Positions 30,732 to 40,325 of a DNA stretch of 64,000 nucleotides are shown piece after piece. Each line of letters begins with the position of its first letter. Position 1 is the stretch's first letter. Location: assembly GCA_965198225.1 (NCBI GenBank), contig CBDAOY010000009.1, positions 608,001 to 672,000 of the forward strand, in the 5' to 3' direction. Under the pieces are notes generated by a model. That model did not search any database, was not told the DNA's origin, and was given only the letters and a program-made list of their open reading frames with translations. Position numbers and translations under genes: made by a program. This DNA is from Terriglobia bacterium. Lineage in GTDB: Bacteria; Acidobacteriota; Terriglobia; 20CM-2-55-15.

Positions 30732-31211
30732 TCAACCCGCGATCTTTGCCAGTTCCTCGAAGAGGACGGAGTTTTTGGGCTGATCACCGATATCGTGAAC
30801 GTCGATGTAACGTACGATTCCCTCTTTGTCGATGATGAAGATCGCGCGTTCGGTCATACCCTCCTGCCGAAGGACGTTGTACTTGAGCGCGACCATTCCG
30901 TGTGGCCAGAAATCACTCAGAAGCGGATATGAAATCCCTCCGAGCGAATCCGCCCAACCTTTGTTGGTAAACGGTGAGTCGATGCTTATACCCAGGACCT
31001 GGGTATCGGACCGGTCGAATTCGGAAAGGTCTTCCTCATACGCCGGCATCTGGGCGGTTCAGACGGGTGTAAAGGCGAACGGATAGAACGCGATGACCAC
31101 ATTCTTCTTGCCTCTGAAGTCCGACAGAGTGACTTCCTCGCCGAGATGTGACTTCAGCGTAAAATCCGGTGCCTCATCGCCGACCTTCAGTTCGTTCGTC
31201 GGATTGGGCAT
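30732..31211 (-). CDS. Selenocysteine peroxiredoxin (AhpE/BCP-like); UGA=Sec at 31059-31061
   Basis: RBS-supported ATG 31211, [19 protein letters not shown]...[17 protein letters not shown], in frame with the ORF-track fragment ([16 protein letters not shown]). Confidence 0.9.
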
Positions 31212-31277
31212 AAATCTTCTCCTCTCACTTGGAACGTAGAAAAGGAACCGGATTCGTCAGCGCTCCAGCTCGGATTG

Positions 31278-31880
31278 CTAGAGAAACCATTCGATAAACA
31301 CGAATCCAGCGACCAATAGGATAAGAAATATCAGCGTCAAAATCTCAAAATATTTTTCGATGAACGAACGTATCTGCGGTCCAAAGGCGCGGATAAGGCC
31401 GCCTATCAGCAGGAATCGGGCTGACCTGCTGACGGCTGACGCCAGGACGAACCGAGGGAAATTTACGTCGAAAAACCCGGCGGTGATCGTCGCGACTTTA
31501 TACGGGATAGGTGTCAAGCCGGCCACGGCGACCGCGAACGCGTCGTAGCGCTGGTAGAGATCCTGAATTCGCTCGTACTGGTCCTCGACCGCGTAAAAAC
31601 GGACGATCGGCTCACCGACGACGTCGAAGAACTGGTAGCCGATGAGGTACCCGAAGACGCCCCCCAGAACCGAACCGAGAGAACAGATCAGCGCGTACCG
31701 GAAAGCTCGCAGCGGAATGGCAACCGCCAGCGCGACCAGCAGAATGTCGGGCGGTATCGGAAAGAACGAGGATTCAGCGAACGCGATGATGAAGAGCGCC
31801 CACACGCTGTAGGGGCTGTCGGCCCAGCCGATAACCCAGTCGTAGAGGCGCCGCATCCACCGTGTGATTGGGCCGAGCAT
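31278..31880 (-). CDS. YqaA/DedA (VTT domain) membrane protein
   Basis: FAESSFFPIPPD, GLTPIPYK, R..RF. Confidence 0.9.
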   Translation of the reverse strand: MLGPITRWMRRLYDWVIGWADSPYSVWALFIIAFAESSFFPIPPDILLVALAVAIPLRAFRYALICSLGSVLGGVFGYLIGYQFFDVVGEPIVRFYAVEDQYERIQDLYQRYDAFAVAVAGLTPIPYKVATITAGFFDVNFPRFVLASAVSRSARFLLIGGLIRAFGPQIRSFIEKYFEILTLIFLILLVAGFVFIEWFL

Positions 31881-31913
31881 GTGCGTCCCATTGTACATGG
31901 GCCGCTGGTGCGG

Positions 31914-32048
31914 CCCGTTGCCCGTAAGCCGTAGGCCGTAGGCCGTTGGGGAAGGAGGACAAGTGACGAGTCGGAACCCGGGATCATGTTCCGCGGGTCT
32001 CGCTGTAGCTACCTGACAACGGCCTACGGCCTACGCACGACGGCCTAC
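31914..32048. repeat. Heptamer palindromic repeat, family E (CCGTAGG)n...(CCTACGG)n
   Basis: CCCGTAAGCCGTAGGCCGTAGGCCGTTG ... CAACGGCCTACGGCCTACGCACGACGGCCTAC. Confidence 0.82.
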
Positions 32049-32110
32049 TTCCCCGTGTTATGATTCTGGCCCGGTATTTTCGGGATACTGCTGTTGACGG
32101 AGGCTTTTGA

Positions 32111-33142
32111 ATGATTCTGGTTACGGGTGGCGCCGGCTACATCGGTTGCGTTCTCGTCAAGGAGCTGCTCAACAAGGGTGAGACCGTTCGTGTCTTCGAC
32201 AAGCTCTTCTTCGGAGAGGCCGGCCTGGCCGAATTCAGGGACCGCATCGAGGTCGTTCAGGGAGACGTTCGTGCGATCGACGAGGAGTCCTTTGCCGGTG
32301 TCGACGCTGTCATCCATCTCGCCGGTCTGTCCAACGACCCTACTGCGGAGTACAACCCCCGTGCCAACTATGAAATGAACACGATCGCGACCGAGCGATT
32401 GGCGCGGATGTCGAAGAAGCTGGGTGTGAAGCGGTTCACGTTCGCGTCGACCTGTTCGATTTACGACAGGGGCCTGTTCTCCGAAGACGTTGTGCTCGAC
32501 GAGACCGCCGAAGTCGCGCCTCGGGCGGCCTATGCCGTTTCGAACTATGACGCAGAAAAGATCCTGCTCCAGATGACGGATAACGATTTCTGTCCCGTGA
32601 TCCTCCGTCAGGGCACCGTATACGGCTACAGTCCACGCATGCGTTACGATCTGGTCGTCAACACCTTCGTCAAGGACGCTTTCTCGAAGGGGTTCCTGAC
32701 GGTCTTCGGCGGTGGAGAGATGTGGAGGCCCCTGGTAGACGTCCTCGATGTCGCCAAAGCGCACATTTGCGCGATCGAGGCGGCCGAAGACAAGGTGAGT
32801 GGCGAGATCTTCAACCTGTCGCACAAGAACTACCGGATCCTCGAACTCGCGCACTGGGTCAAAGCCGCGTTGTCGGACACCAAAGAAGTCGGCATTAACG
32901 TGGACTACAGTCCTCTCAACGGTCGCAGCTATCGTGTCTCGACGGCCAAGATCGAGTCCCAGCTGGGTTTCCGTGCCGGCTTATCGGTTAGAGAGTCCGT
33001 GACCGACATGGTCAAGCAGATCCAAGCGCATTCGCAGACCGACTTCCTGAACCCCGCTTACTACAACATCCAGTGGATGACGATGCTCGACCGGATGGAG
33101 AAGACGATCCGACAGGTCGGCTCCGTGTTCGGATGTGACTAG
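32111..33142 (+). CDS. NAD-dependent epimerase/dehydratase
   Basis: TGGAGYIG, HLAGLSNDP, GYSPRMRYDLVVN. Confidence 0.9.
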   Translation: MILVTGGAGYIGCVLVKELLNKGETVRVFDKLFFGEAGLAEFRDRIEVVQGDVRAIDEESFAGVDAVIHLAGLSNDPTAEYNPRANYEMNTIATERLARMSKKLGVKRFTFASTCSIYDRGLFSEDVVLDETAEVAPRAAYAVSNYDAEKILLQMTDNDFCPVILRQGTVYGYSPRMRYDLVVNTFVKDAFSKGFLTVFGGGEMWRPLVDVLDVAKAHICAIEAAEDKVSGEIFNLSHKNYRILELAHWVKAALSDTKEVGINVDYSPLNGRSYRVSTAKIESQLGFRAGLSVRESVTDMVKQIQAHSQTDFLNPAYYNIQWMTMLDRMEKTIRQVGSVFGCD

Positions 33143-33195
33143 CAGCTGGACGACGGCGCTGAACCTCTGCGCCACTCCGTCATTGCTCTCGCGCT

Positions 33196-34059
33196 ATGAA
33201 GATCGCACTTCTCGGAGCGAACGGCCAACTTGCCTTCGATCTCAAACGGACCCTCGCTACCCATGAACTGGTTCCCCTCACGCGTGTCGATTTCGATGTC
33301 ACCGATGTCGAGTCCATGCGGGCTTGTCTGTCGGACATCCGTCCGGACGCCATCATCAACACGACCGCGTTCCATCAGGTGGATTTGTGTGAATCGAGAC
33401 CCAAAGACGCGTTCGGAGTGAACGCAGTGGCTGTCTTCCACCTCGCCGAACTCGCAGCCGAACTCGCCGCCTTGATGGTCCACCTCAGTACGGACTATGT
33501 TTTCGACGGTCAGCAGGACGAGCCTTACACGGAGGAGAGTCCAGCCCGCCCCCTGAGCGTTTACGCGAACTCGAAACTGGCCGGTGAGTACTTCGTGCGG
33601 TCCGTTCTGGACCGCTACGTCCTGATCCGTACCTGCGGGTTGTACGGCGTCGCTGGAAGCGCCGGGAAGGGCGGTAACTTCGTCGAGACGATGATCCGGA
33701 AAGCCAGGGCCGGTGAAGAGATCCGGGTAGTCTCCGACCAGGTTGTCGGGCCGACGCCGACCGCAGATCTGGCCTCCCAGATCGAGGTTTTGCTCGAGAC
33801 CGAGGACTACGGCTTGTTCCACGCCAGCAGTGAAGGCGGTTGTTCGTGGTTTGATTTCGCCGCCGCAATACTCGAATTGAGTGGCCTCGAAGCAAAGCTG
33901 GAACCCACCACGACGGAGTTCCACAAGACTCCCGCAACGCGGCCGGGTTTTTCGTTGCTCGAGAACTCCCGGCTCAAGAAACTCGGCCTCAACCGGATGC
34001 GGCCCTGGCGCGAAGGATTGGCCGACTACTTGCAGGAAAAACACGGATTCGGCGGATGA
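33196..34059 (+). CDS. rfbD: dTDP-4-dehydrorhamnose reductase
   Basis: GANGQL, STDYVFDG, YANSK, DQ..PT. Confidence 0.9.
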   Translation: MKIALLGANGQLAFDLKRTLATHELVPLTRVDFDVTDVESMRACLSDIRPDAIINTTAFHQVDLCESRPKDAFGVNAVAVFHLAELAAELAALMVHLSTDYVFDGQQDEPYTEESPARPLSVYANSKLAGEYFVRSVLDRYVLIRTCGLYGVAGSAGKGGNFVETMIRKARAGEEIRVVSDQVVGPTPTADLASQIEVLLETEDYGLFHASSEGGCSWFDFAAAILELSGLEAKLEPTTTEFHKTPATRPGFSLLENSRLKKLGLNRMRPWREGLADYLQEKHGFGG

Positions 34060-35207
34060 CCAGCGACAAAGCCCGCGCCATCGCTGTCGCACTCTTGCTC
34101 CTGCCTCTCGATGTAGTCGTCGCCCTCAGCCTGTTGTTGACCGATGCACTGGGGGTTCTGGTTCGGGCTCCGGTCCGGACTCTTCCACGCTCGGGGCGGC
34201 TTCGACGTCCGAGCGCGACGGTTCAGATACTGAACTGGGACGGCAAGCATCTCCTGGATGAGAGCGTTCCGGCTGCGATCGAGGCCGTCAAGCGGGTCGA
34301 GGGAAACCACGAGGTAGTAGTGGTCGACAACGGCAGTACGGACGGCAGCGTCGATTTCGTGCGGGAACGATACCCGGGAGTCCGTGTGGTGTCGCTGGAT
34401 CGGAACTACCGGTTCACCGGCGGCAACAATCGCGGGCTCCAGACTTCGTCCAGGGATGTCGTCGTCTTCCTCAACAACGATATGATCGTCGATCCGGATT
34501 TTCTTCCGCCACTGCTCGGTGGGTTCCGCGACCGGGCGGTCTTCGCGGTGACTTCCCAGGTGTTCTTCTGGGACAAGAACCGTCGCCGCGAGGAGACGGG
34601 CAAGACCCGGGCGCGGTTCGAGAACGGGTTCTTCCGGATGTGGCACGACGAGGTGTGGGATCACGAGGAGCATGCCGATGCGATACCGGTGTTCTGGGGT
34701 GGCGGTGGCTCATGCGCCTTCGATCGCGAGAAATACATCGCGATCGGCGGTCTCGATACCCTTTTTGACCCTTTCTATGTCGAGGACACGGATATCTCCT
34801 ACCAGGCTTGGAAAAGGGGATGGAAATGCCTGCTGGCGCCTTCGAGCCACGTCGTTCATCGCCACCGGGCCACCAACATGCCGAGATTCGGCGAAAACTT
34901 CGTCGATAACACGATTCGCCGCAACCAGTATCTTTTCATTTGGAAGAACCTGACCGAGACGCGGCTGATTATCGAACATCTCATGCGTTTGCCCTGGATT
35001 CATGGCCGCCTGATCGCCGCCGGCGAGGCTGGATTCGAAGTTCGAGCTTTCTTGAGGGCCGTGGTGCGACTGCCGCTCGCCTGCTGGAGACGTATCCGGT
35101 GCTTGCCTTATTATCTTGTCTCAGACTCCGAGGTCCTACGCATCTCCAACGAGGATGTGCCCGGCGGGGGCTTCAAGCCAGCCTCGGCGTCGCCCGAATC
35201 GCGATGA
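34056..35207 (+). CDS. GT2 glycosyltransferase
   Basis: VVDNGSTDGS, LNND, FYVEDTD. Confidence 0.9.
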   Translation: MTSDKARAIAVALLLLPLDVVVALSLLLTDALGVLVRAPVRTLPRSGRLRRPSATVQILNWDGKHLLDESVPAAIEAVKRVEGNHEVVVVDNGSTDGSVDFVRERYPGVRVVSLDRNYRFTGGNNRGLQTSSRDVVVFLNNDMIVDPDFLPPLLGGFRDRAVFAVTSQVFFWDKNRRREETGKTRARFENGFFRMWHDEVWDHEEHADAIPVFWGGGGSCAFDREKYIAIGGLDTLFDPFYVEDTDISYQAWKRGWKCLLAPSSHVVHRHRATNMPRFGENFVDNTIRRNQYLFIWKNLTETRLIIEHLMRLPWIHGRLIAAGEAGFEVRAFLRAVVRLPLACWRRIRCLPYYLVSDSEVLRISNEDVPGGGFKPASASPESR

Positions 35208-36388
35208 ACGTGCTCGTACTGACGGCATACCCCCCCGTGCTCCACCTGCACGGAGGCGGCGTCCGCATGTTCCACAACATCCGGATCCTTGCCGAGAAAC
35301 ACTCCGTCCACGTCGTCTCATTCGTCGAGAACGAGGAAGAGCGCGAACTGCTGGGTTCTCTCGACGACATCTGCGAATCGGTTTCATGCGTCAACCGTGT
35401 TCCGGATTTGAGATCACGTCCGTGGTCCCTCGATCCAACGATGATGCAGTACTTCGACGTTCCGGAGATGCATCGGAAGGTGGACGAAGTTGTCGATCAA
35501 CACCGAATCGAGGTCCTGCAGTGCGAATACCTCCAGATGGCTCAGTTCCGTCGAGGGGACCTTTTCACGATCTGGACGGCGCACGAGGCGATGTCGGCGA
35601 ACGCGTACATAGAGTTCCTTGCCGAGAATCATCCGCTGGAAAAGGTGCGAAGCTACTATCAGTGGATGGCGATGCTGCGCTACGAGGTTCGCGCCGCCAG
35701 GAGTTTCGATCGTGTCATCACGATGACCGAGGCCGACGCAGAATACCTGCGATCCTACGCGCCCGCGGCGGACGTACGGCCCATTCCCATCGGCGTCGAT
35801 GCGCAATGGTACACCCCGCTGGCCGAGCGCCCCGATCGGCGACTCGATGCGGTCTTTCTTGGCAACTTCCGACATACGCCCAACGTCGAAGCGGTTCGCT
35901 TCCTGATCGACCACGTGGTGCCTTACTTTCCGGAACTCAACTTTCAGGTTGCCGGCAGCAACGTCCCCGAAGGCCTGGTCGACGGCGCGCCGGTCGAACT
36001 CATGGGGTATCAGGCCGACACGAGGGTCCTCTACAATCGTCCCAATACGATCGTCCTGGCTCCGTTGTTCTCCGGTACGGGGCAGCGGGTGAAGCTGCTG
36101 GAAGCGTTCTCGATGGCCATGCCTGTTGTAACCACTTCGACGGGTGCCGCCGGCTTTCCTGTTTCAGATGGAAAGGAGGCCTTCGTAGCCGACAGCGCCG
36201 AGGGTTATCGGGGAGCCCTGAGAGCGTTGCGCGATTCTCGAGGGCTCAGGCTGAAAATGGGGCGTTCGGCGCGGCGGATGATAGTCGATAATCTGAACTG
36301 GTCTCAGCTGGCTGACGCCTTTCTTGAAGCTGTTAGTCCTAGCAGCCCACCGGCTGCTGGGTCCGCCGCCGGAGGTGGTCTCAAGTGA
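35204..36388 (+). CDS. GT4 glycosyltransferase
   Basis: ATGA overlap start; GNF.H.PN, G...KLLEA...PVV. Confidence 0.88.
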   Translation: MNVLVLTAYPPVLHLHGGGVRMFHNIRILAEKHSVHVVSFVENEEERELLGSLDDICESVSCVNRVPDLRSRPWSLDPTMMQYFDVPEMHRKVDEVVDQHRIEVLQCEYLQMAQFRRGDLFTIWTAHEAMSANAYIEFLAENHPLEKVRSYYQWMAMLRYEVRAARSFDRVITMTEADAEYLRSYAPAADVRPIPIGVDAQWYTPLAERPDRRLDAVFLGNFRHTPNVEAVRFLIDHVVPYFPELNFQVAGSNVPEGLVDGAPVELMGYQADTRVLYNRPNTIVLAPLFSGTGQRVKLLEAFSMAMPVVTTSTGAAGFPVSDGKEAFVADSAEGYRGALRALRDSRGLRLKMGRSARRMIVDNLNWSQLADAFLEAVSPSSPPAAGSAAGGGLK

Positions 36389-36457
36389 AGCGTCTCATCG
36401 CATTCGCGTGTCGGTTCCTGGCCCTCCTGATGATCACTGCATACCTGGAAGGGGGCA

Positions 36458-37321
36458 ATGCCACCGAGCGTTGATGTCCTGACGCTGTTTCATGACGAGA
36501 GGGAACTCGTCGGCCCATACTTGGAGAGCGTCGGGATGATCTCCATTCCGTTCACCCTGTACCTGCTCGACAACGGCTCGAGGGACGGCACACAGGACCG
36601 GATCAGCGCCGAATTGGGGAAGCTGTCTTTTCGCGCTCATTTCTACCGATCGCTGCGCAACAACGGTTTTGCCAGGGGCATGAACCTGCTCGCGGGTCAA
36701 TCGGATGCCGATTATCTGTTTCTGCTGAATCCGGACACGCGGCTCGATCCGGGTTGCCTCGAAAGGCTCCTGGATCGCGCCGAAGCGGACTCTTCGATTG
36801 CGATCTGCGAAGCTCGCCAGGCGCCGAGGGAGCACCCCAAGACCGTCGACTCGGACACCGGCGAGACAAGCTGGTGCGCGGGTGCGGCGGCGTTGATTCG
36901 CCGGAGCGCGTTCGAGGAGGTCGGCCGCTTCGACGAGAGACTGTTCTTCATGTACTGCGAAGATGTGGATCTGAGTTGGAAACTGTGGATCCGCGGCTGG
37001 AAATGTATCTATGTGAGGGAGGCCGTCGTGAATCACGAAGCACCGCCGGGCAAGCGTCGCACGCGGGAAAACTACTTCAGTTTTCGGAATTCCCTGTTCC
37101 TCTACCACCGATTCCGGCGTGATGATGATTCCGGGTTGTTGCGCGCTTTCTTGTTGAAACGATTCGTGTCCCGGCGTTATTCCTTGAAGAGTAAGGCTTT
37201 GTTCGCAATTGCTTTCGCCGATCACATTCGCTATATTCCGTACCTGACCAAGACCCGGCAGGAATGGGGGGGCCGGGACCATCCGTGGATACGGTTGAGT
37301 GAAACTTCGCTGTCGGAATGA
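36458..37321 (+). CDS. GT2 glycosyltransferase (rhamnosyltransferase-like)
   Basis: DNGS, LNPD, FMYCEDVD. Confidence 0.88.
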   Translation: MPPSVDVLTLFHDERELVGPYLESVGMISIPFTLYLLDNGSRDGTQDRISAELGKLSFRAHFYRSLRNNGFARGMNLLAGQSDADYLFLLNPDTRLDPGCLERLLDRAEADSSIAICEARQAPREHPKTVDSDTGETSWCAGAAALIRRSAFEEVGRFDERLFFMYCEDVDLSWKLWIRGWKCIYVREAVVNHEAPPGKRRTRENYFSFRNSLFLYHRFRRDDDSGLLRAFLLKRFVSRRYSLKSKALFAIAFADHIRYIPYLTKTRQEWGGRDHPWIRLSETSLSE

Positions 37322-37442
37322 CCGGGGGTTAAACGGTCTAGGTTTCACGCTGTCTATATTTTAGATCGAGTCCGCACGTCGGGGATGAAGCGACTCGTGG
37401 CACGATAACCAGGAACCCGGAATCAGCCTTCAGGTTGCCCCC

Positions 37443-38477
37443 GTGTACAAGATATCCGTCGTCATACCCACCTTGAACCGATCCGCGCTGCTTGCGGAGA
37501 CGATCGATCACGTCGAATCGCAGACGGTCCCTCAGGACCAGTACGAAGTCATCGTCGTCGACAACAATTCGTCGGACGATACTCTCCGGGTCCTCGAACA
37601 GAAGGCTGACTCGTACCCCAACCTCACGTTTTTGTCCCAGCGCAAGCCCGGGGCCGCGGCGACCCGGAATCTGGGTCTCGGGATCGCGAGCGGAGAGATC
37701 GTTCTGTTTATCGACGACGACATCGAGGCGAAGCCCGGCCTGCTCGAATCCCATATCGCTTACCAGCGGGAGAACGCGGGCTCAGCGATCATCGGGACGA
37801 TCCTTACGCGCTGGGAGACGACTCGCGATCCGTTCCTGCGGTACCTGCGCGATCGCGGCATCTTCAATCCATACAGCCTGACAGGCAGTGCCATGGATTT
37901 CACCTGTTACCACACGGGTAACGTTTCGACTCCAAGACAGATGCTGGTAGACGCCGGGGGCTTCGACGAACAGTTTGCCGTATACGGGATGGAAGACATC
38001 GAGTTGGGCTATCGCCTGGAGAAACACGGGTGCCGCATGCTGCACGGTCGAGAAGCGCGGGGGCTCCATCATTACTCGCCGACCTACGGCCAGTTCACTG
38101 AACGCTGTGAGCAGGCGGGATATTCTCTCGGACTGATGTTGCGTATGCATCCGGAGCTTCGAACGCGCTTCACCGAGAACGGGCGCATGACGCGTGTCTT
38201 GAAACCGTTTCACCGTTTGTACAGTTTTGCCGCACCTCTGATCCGGCCCCTCCACCGATCGCTGGCACGCTTGGATGAGAAGCGGGGTACCGGTCCCGTG
38301 ACCGGAGTCCTCGGTTTTCACTACAACTGGGCGCTTCGCTATCACTTCTTCCTCGGCTATTCGCGCTACGCCTCGAACGGGCATTCGGCGCCGAAGTTCG
38401 CCGAGCATCGTGGGGCCGAGGAATTGAAGATCGAGAAGCCGGCGTCCAAAGTCCAGAGTGGTTCGCTCGTGCCGTGA
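37443..38477 (+). CDS. GT2 glycosyltransferase
   Basis: SVVIPT, VVDNNS, FIDDD, YGMEDIE. Confidence 0.9.
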   Translation: MYKISVVIPTLNRSALLAETIDHVESQTVPQDQYEVIVVDNNSSDDTLRVLEQKADSYPNLTFLSQRKPGAAATRNLGLGIASGEIVLFIDDDIEAKPGLLESHIAYQRENAGSAIIGTILTRWETTRDPFLRYLRDRGIFNPYSLTGSAMDFTCYHTGNVSTPRQMLVDAGGFDEQFAVYGMEDIELGYRLEKHGCRMLHGREARGLHHYSPTYGQFTERCEQAGYSLGLMLRMHPELRTRFTENGRMTRVLKPFHRLYSFAAPLIRPLHRSLARLDEKRGTGPVTGVLGFHYNWALRYHFFLGYSRYASNGHSAPKFAEHRGAEELKIEKPASKVQSGSLVP

Positions 38478-38557
38478 TCGCCTGCGGCCAGGTTCTCGGT
38501 CCTCGAGCGCGAACGGAGCAGAGGGCGCCTGCCCCGGCAGGTTCCCCGCGGTTCTGA

Positions 38558-40180
38558 ATGAGTGATCCAACCTCGAAGGGAGGAGACGATTCCTCCAATT
38601 CCGTGACATTCCTCGGAGACTTCTCCAAGAAGCTGGTCACGAACACGTTCTTCAACTTCGTAGGCCGGTTCTGGAGCTTCCTCGTCATCCTGCTCCTGAC
38701 GCCGTACATCTTGTCGCGGCTCAGCGTCAGTGAATTCGGCGTCTGGATCCTGTTGTCCGTTTTTGTCGGCGCTTTCAACCTGTTGGATCTGGGTCTGGGT
38801 TCCTCCTTCATCAAGTACATTTCCCAATACCACGCCCATCAGGACCGTGCCCGGATCAACCGCGTTCTGTGTCTGGGTCTGCTCTTTTACGGAGCCTTCG
38901 GCTTGGGGCTGACGGCCCTGGGCCTTCTGCTACGGCCCTTCCTCTTCGGCGTGTTTCGGATCGAAGCGGACCCGGGCGTGTATCTGCTCGTGCTGGTTTC
39001 TTTTTCGATCAACAACATCGCCTTGATGTTGCTGTCGACCTTGAAGGGGCTGCAACGGATGGACCAGTCCAACGCCGTCGAAATCAAGATGAGCCTGCCC
39101 AACTTGATCGGCACCGTCGTGTTCCTGGAAGCTGGGCTCGGGATGCTGGGGCTGGCGGTGAACGCGGTGTTTGTGGCGCTGGTGACGGCTCTGACGGCCT
39201 GGTGGACTCTGAAGCGTGTCGATCCGCGAATCGGGATCGAATGGTACCTGGATCGGGATCTGCTGAGGGAAATGTTCGGCTACGGAGCCAAGCTACAGGT
39301 GAGTCGCCTGGGAGGGCTGGTCTGTTTCCAGATCGATAAGCTGATCATTTCGAGGTTCCTCGGTGTCGCCGCCGTGTCGTTCTACGAGGTCAGTTCGCGG
39401 CTGACCCTCTTTATGCGCGCCTTGCCTCTGGTGATGATTTCCGCACTGATTCCGGCGACGTCGGAACTCGGGGCCCGCAACGATCGAGCCCGGATCGTCA
39501 AGGCATATATCCTGGCGTCCAAGTACGTCGTCATGTTGACCGTGGCGCTGGTGGCCTTCGTGATCATCGAAGCCGATTCCCTGCTGCGGTTGTGGCTGGG
39601 CAACGGCTTCGAGCGTTCCGTGATCCTTGTCCAGGTGCTGGCGATTGGATACGGCGTCAACGTGATGGGTGGCGCGGCCAGCCAGACGGGCGCAGGGGTC
39701 GGCCGGCCGGAGTTCGACATGAAAGGCACGGTTCTGCTGACGATCCTGAATCCGATTCTCAGCCTGTTGCTGGTACAGCGCTTCGGGGCCGCCGGCGCGG
39801 CGGCCGGAACCTCTCTCTCGCTCATTATCGCGGCAGCGTACCTGGTCCTCCTGTTTCATCGCGACTACCTGGGTAACTCCGCCTCCACCATTCTCCGTGA
39901 CATTCATTTCCGACCCTGGGTCGCCGGAGTCCTGGCGGCCGTGTCGGTGTGGGGTGTGCACCAGCTGTTGCCGGCCCTCGCCCAGATGGGCCAGGTTCGC
40001 TACCTGACGCCATTGAAGATTGCGGCCGATTTCGCAATCTTTTCCTCTGCCTACGTCTTCCTGCTTGTCGGCCTCCGCCACATCACCGCAATCGACCGGC
40101 GGAACCTCACCGGACTCCTGTCGTTCGGCATGGAATTCGTACGGCACCCGATGCGGGAACGCGGCAAGATCTACAGATAG
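38558..40180 (+). CDS. Wzx-type polysaccharide flippase
   Basis: About 12-14 TM segments; DLGLG, QIDKLII, LWLG. Confidence 0.88.
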   Translation: MSDPTSKGGDDSSNSVTFLGDFSKKLVTNTFFNFVGRFWSFLVILLLTPYILSRLSVSEFGVWILLSVFVGAFNLLDLGLGSSFIKYISQYHAHQDRARINRVLCLGLLFYGAFGLGLTALGLLLRPFLFGVFRIEADPGVYLLVLVSFSINNIALMLLSTLKGLQRMDQSNAVEIKMSLPNLIGTVVFLEAGLGMLGLAVNAVFVALVTALTAWWTLKRVDPRIGIEWYLDRDLLREMFGYGAKLQVSRLGGLVCFQIDKLIISRFLGVAAVSFYEVSSRLTLFMRALPLVMISALIPATSELGARNDRARIVKAYILASKYVVMLTVALVAFVIIEADSLLRLWLGNGFERSVILVQVLAIGYGVNVMGGAASQTGAGVGRPEFDMKGTVLLTILNPILSLLLVQRFGAAGAAAGTSLSLIIAAAYLVLLFHRDYLGNSASTILRDIHFRPWVAGVLAAVSVWGVHQLLPALAQMGQVRYLTPLKIAADFAIFSSAYVFLLVGLRHITAIDRRNLTGLLSFGMEFVRHPMRERGKIYR

Positions 40181-40201
40181 TCAGTAATCAGTAGTCAGTT
40201 G
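40177..40201. repeat. Family A heptamer repeat, left arm
   Basis: TAGTCAGTAATCAGTAGTCAGTTG, identical to 1760-1783; includes the wzx stop codon. Confidence 0.8.
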
Positions 40202-40224
40202 GCGTTTCCGGCTATCGCAACGAT

Positions 40225-40278
40225 CCGCGAGAGAGCCACCGTGAGGGGGACAGGGACTTGCCCTGTCCCCGGGTGTTT
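40225..40278. repeat. Family D dispersed repeat, inverted copy
   Basis: Reverse complement of 29854-29908 apart from the hairpin loop region and a few bases. Confidence 0.85.
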
Positions 40279-40325
40279 GCTTCCGAGCCAAGTTGGGTAA
40301 GGCTTCCACCCCGCACCCTTCAACA

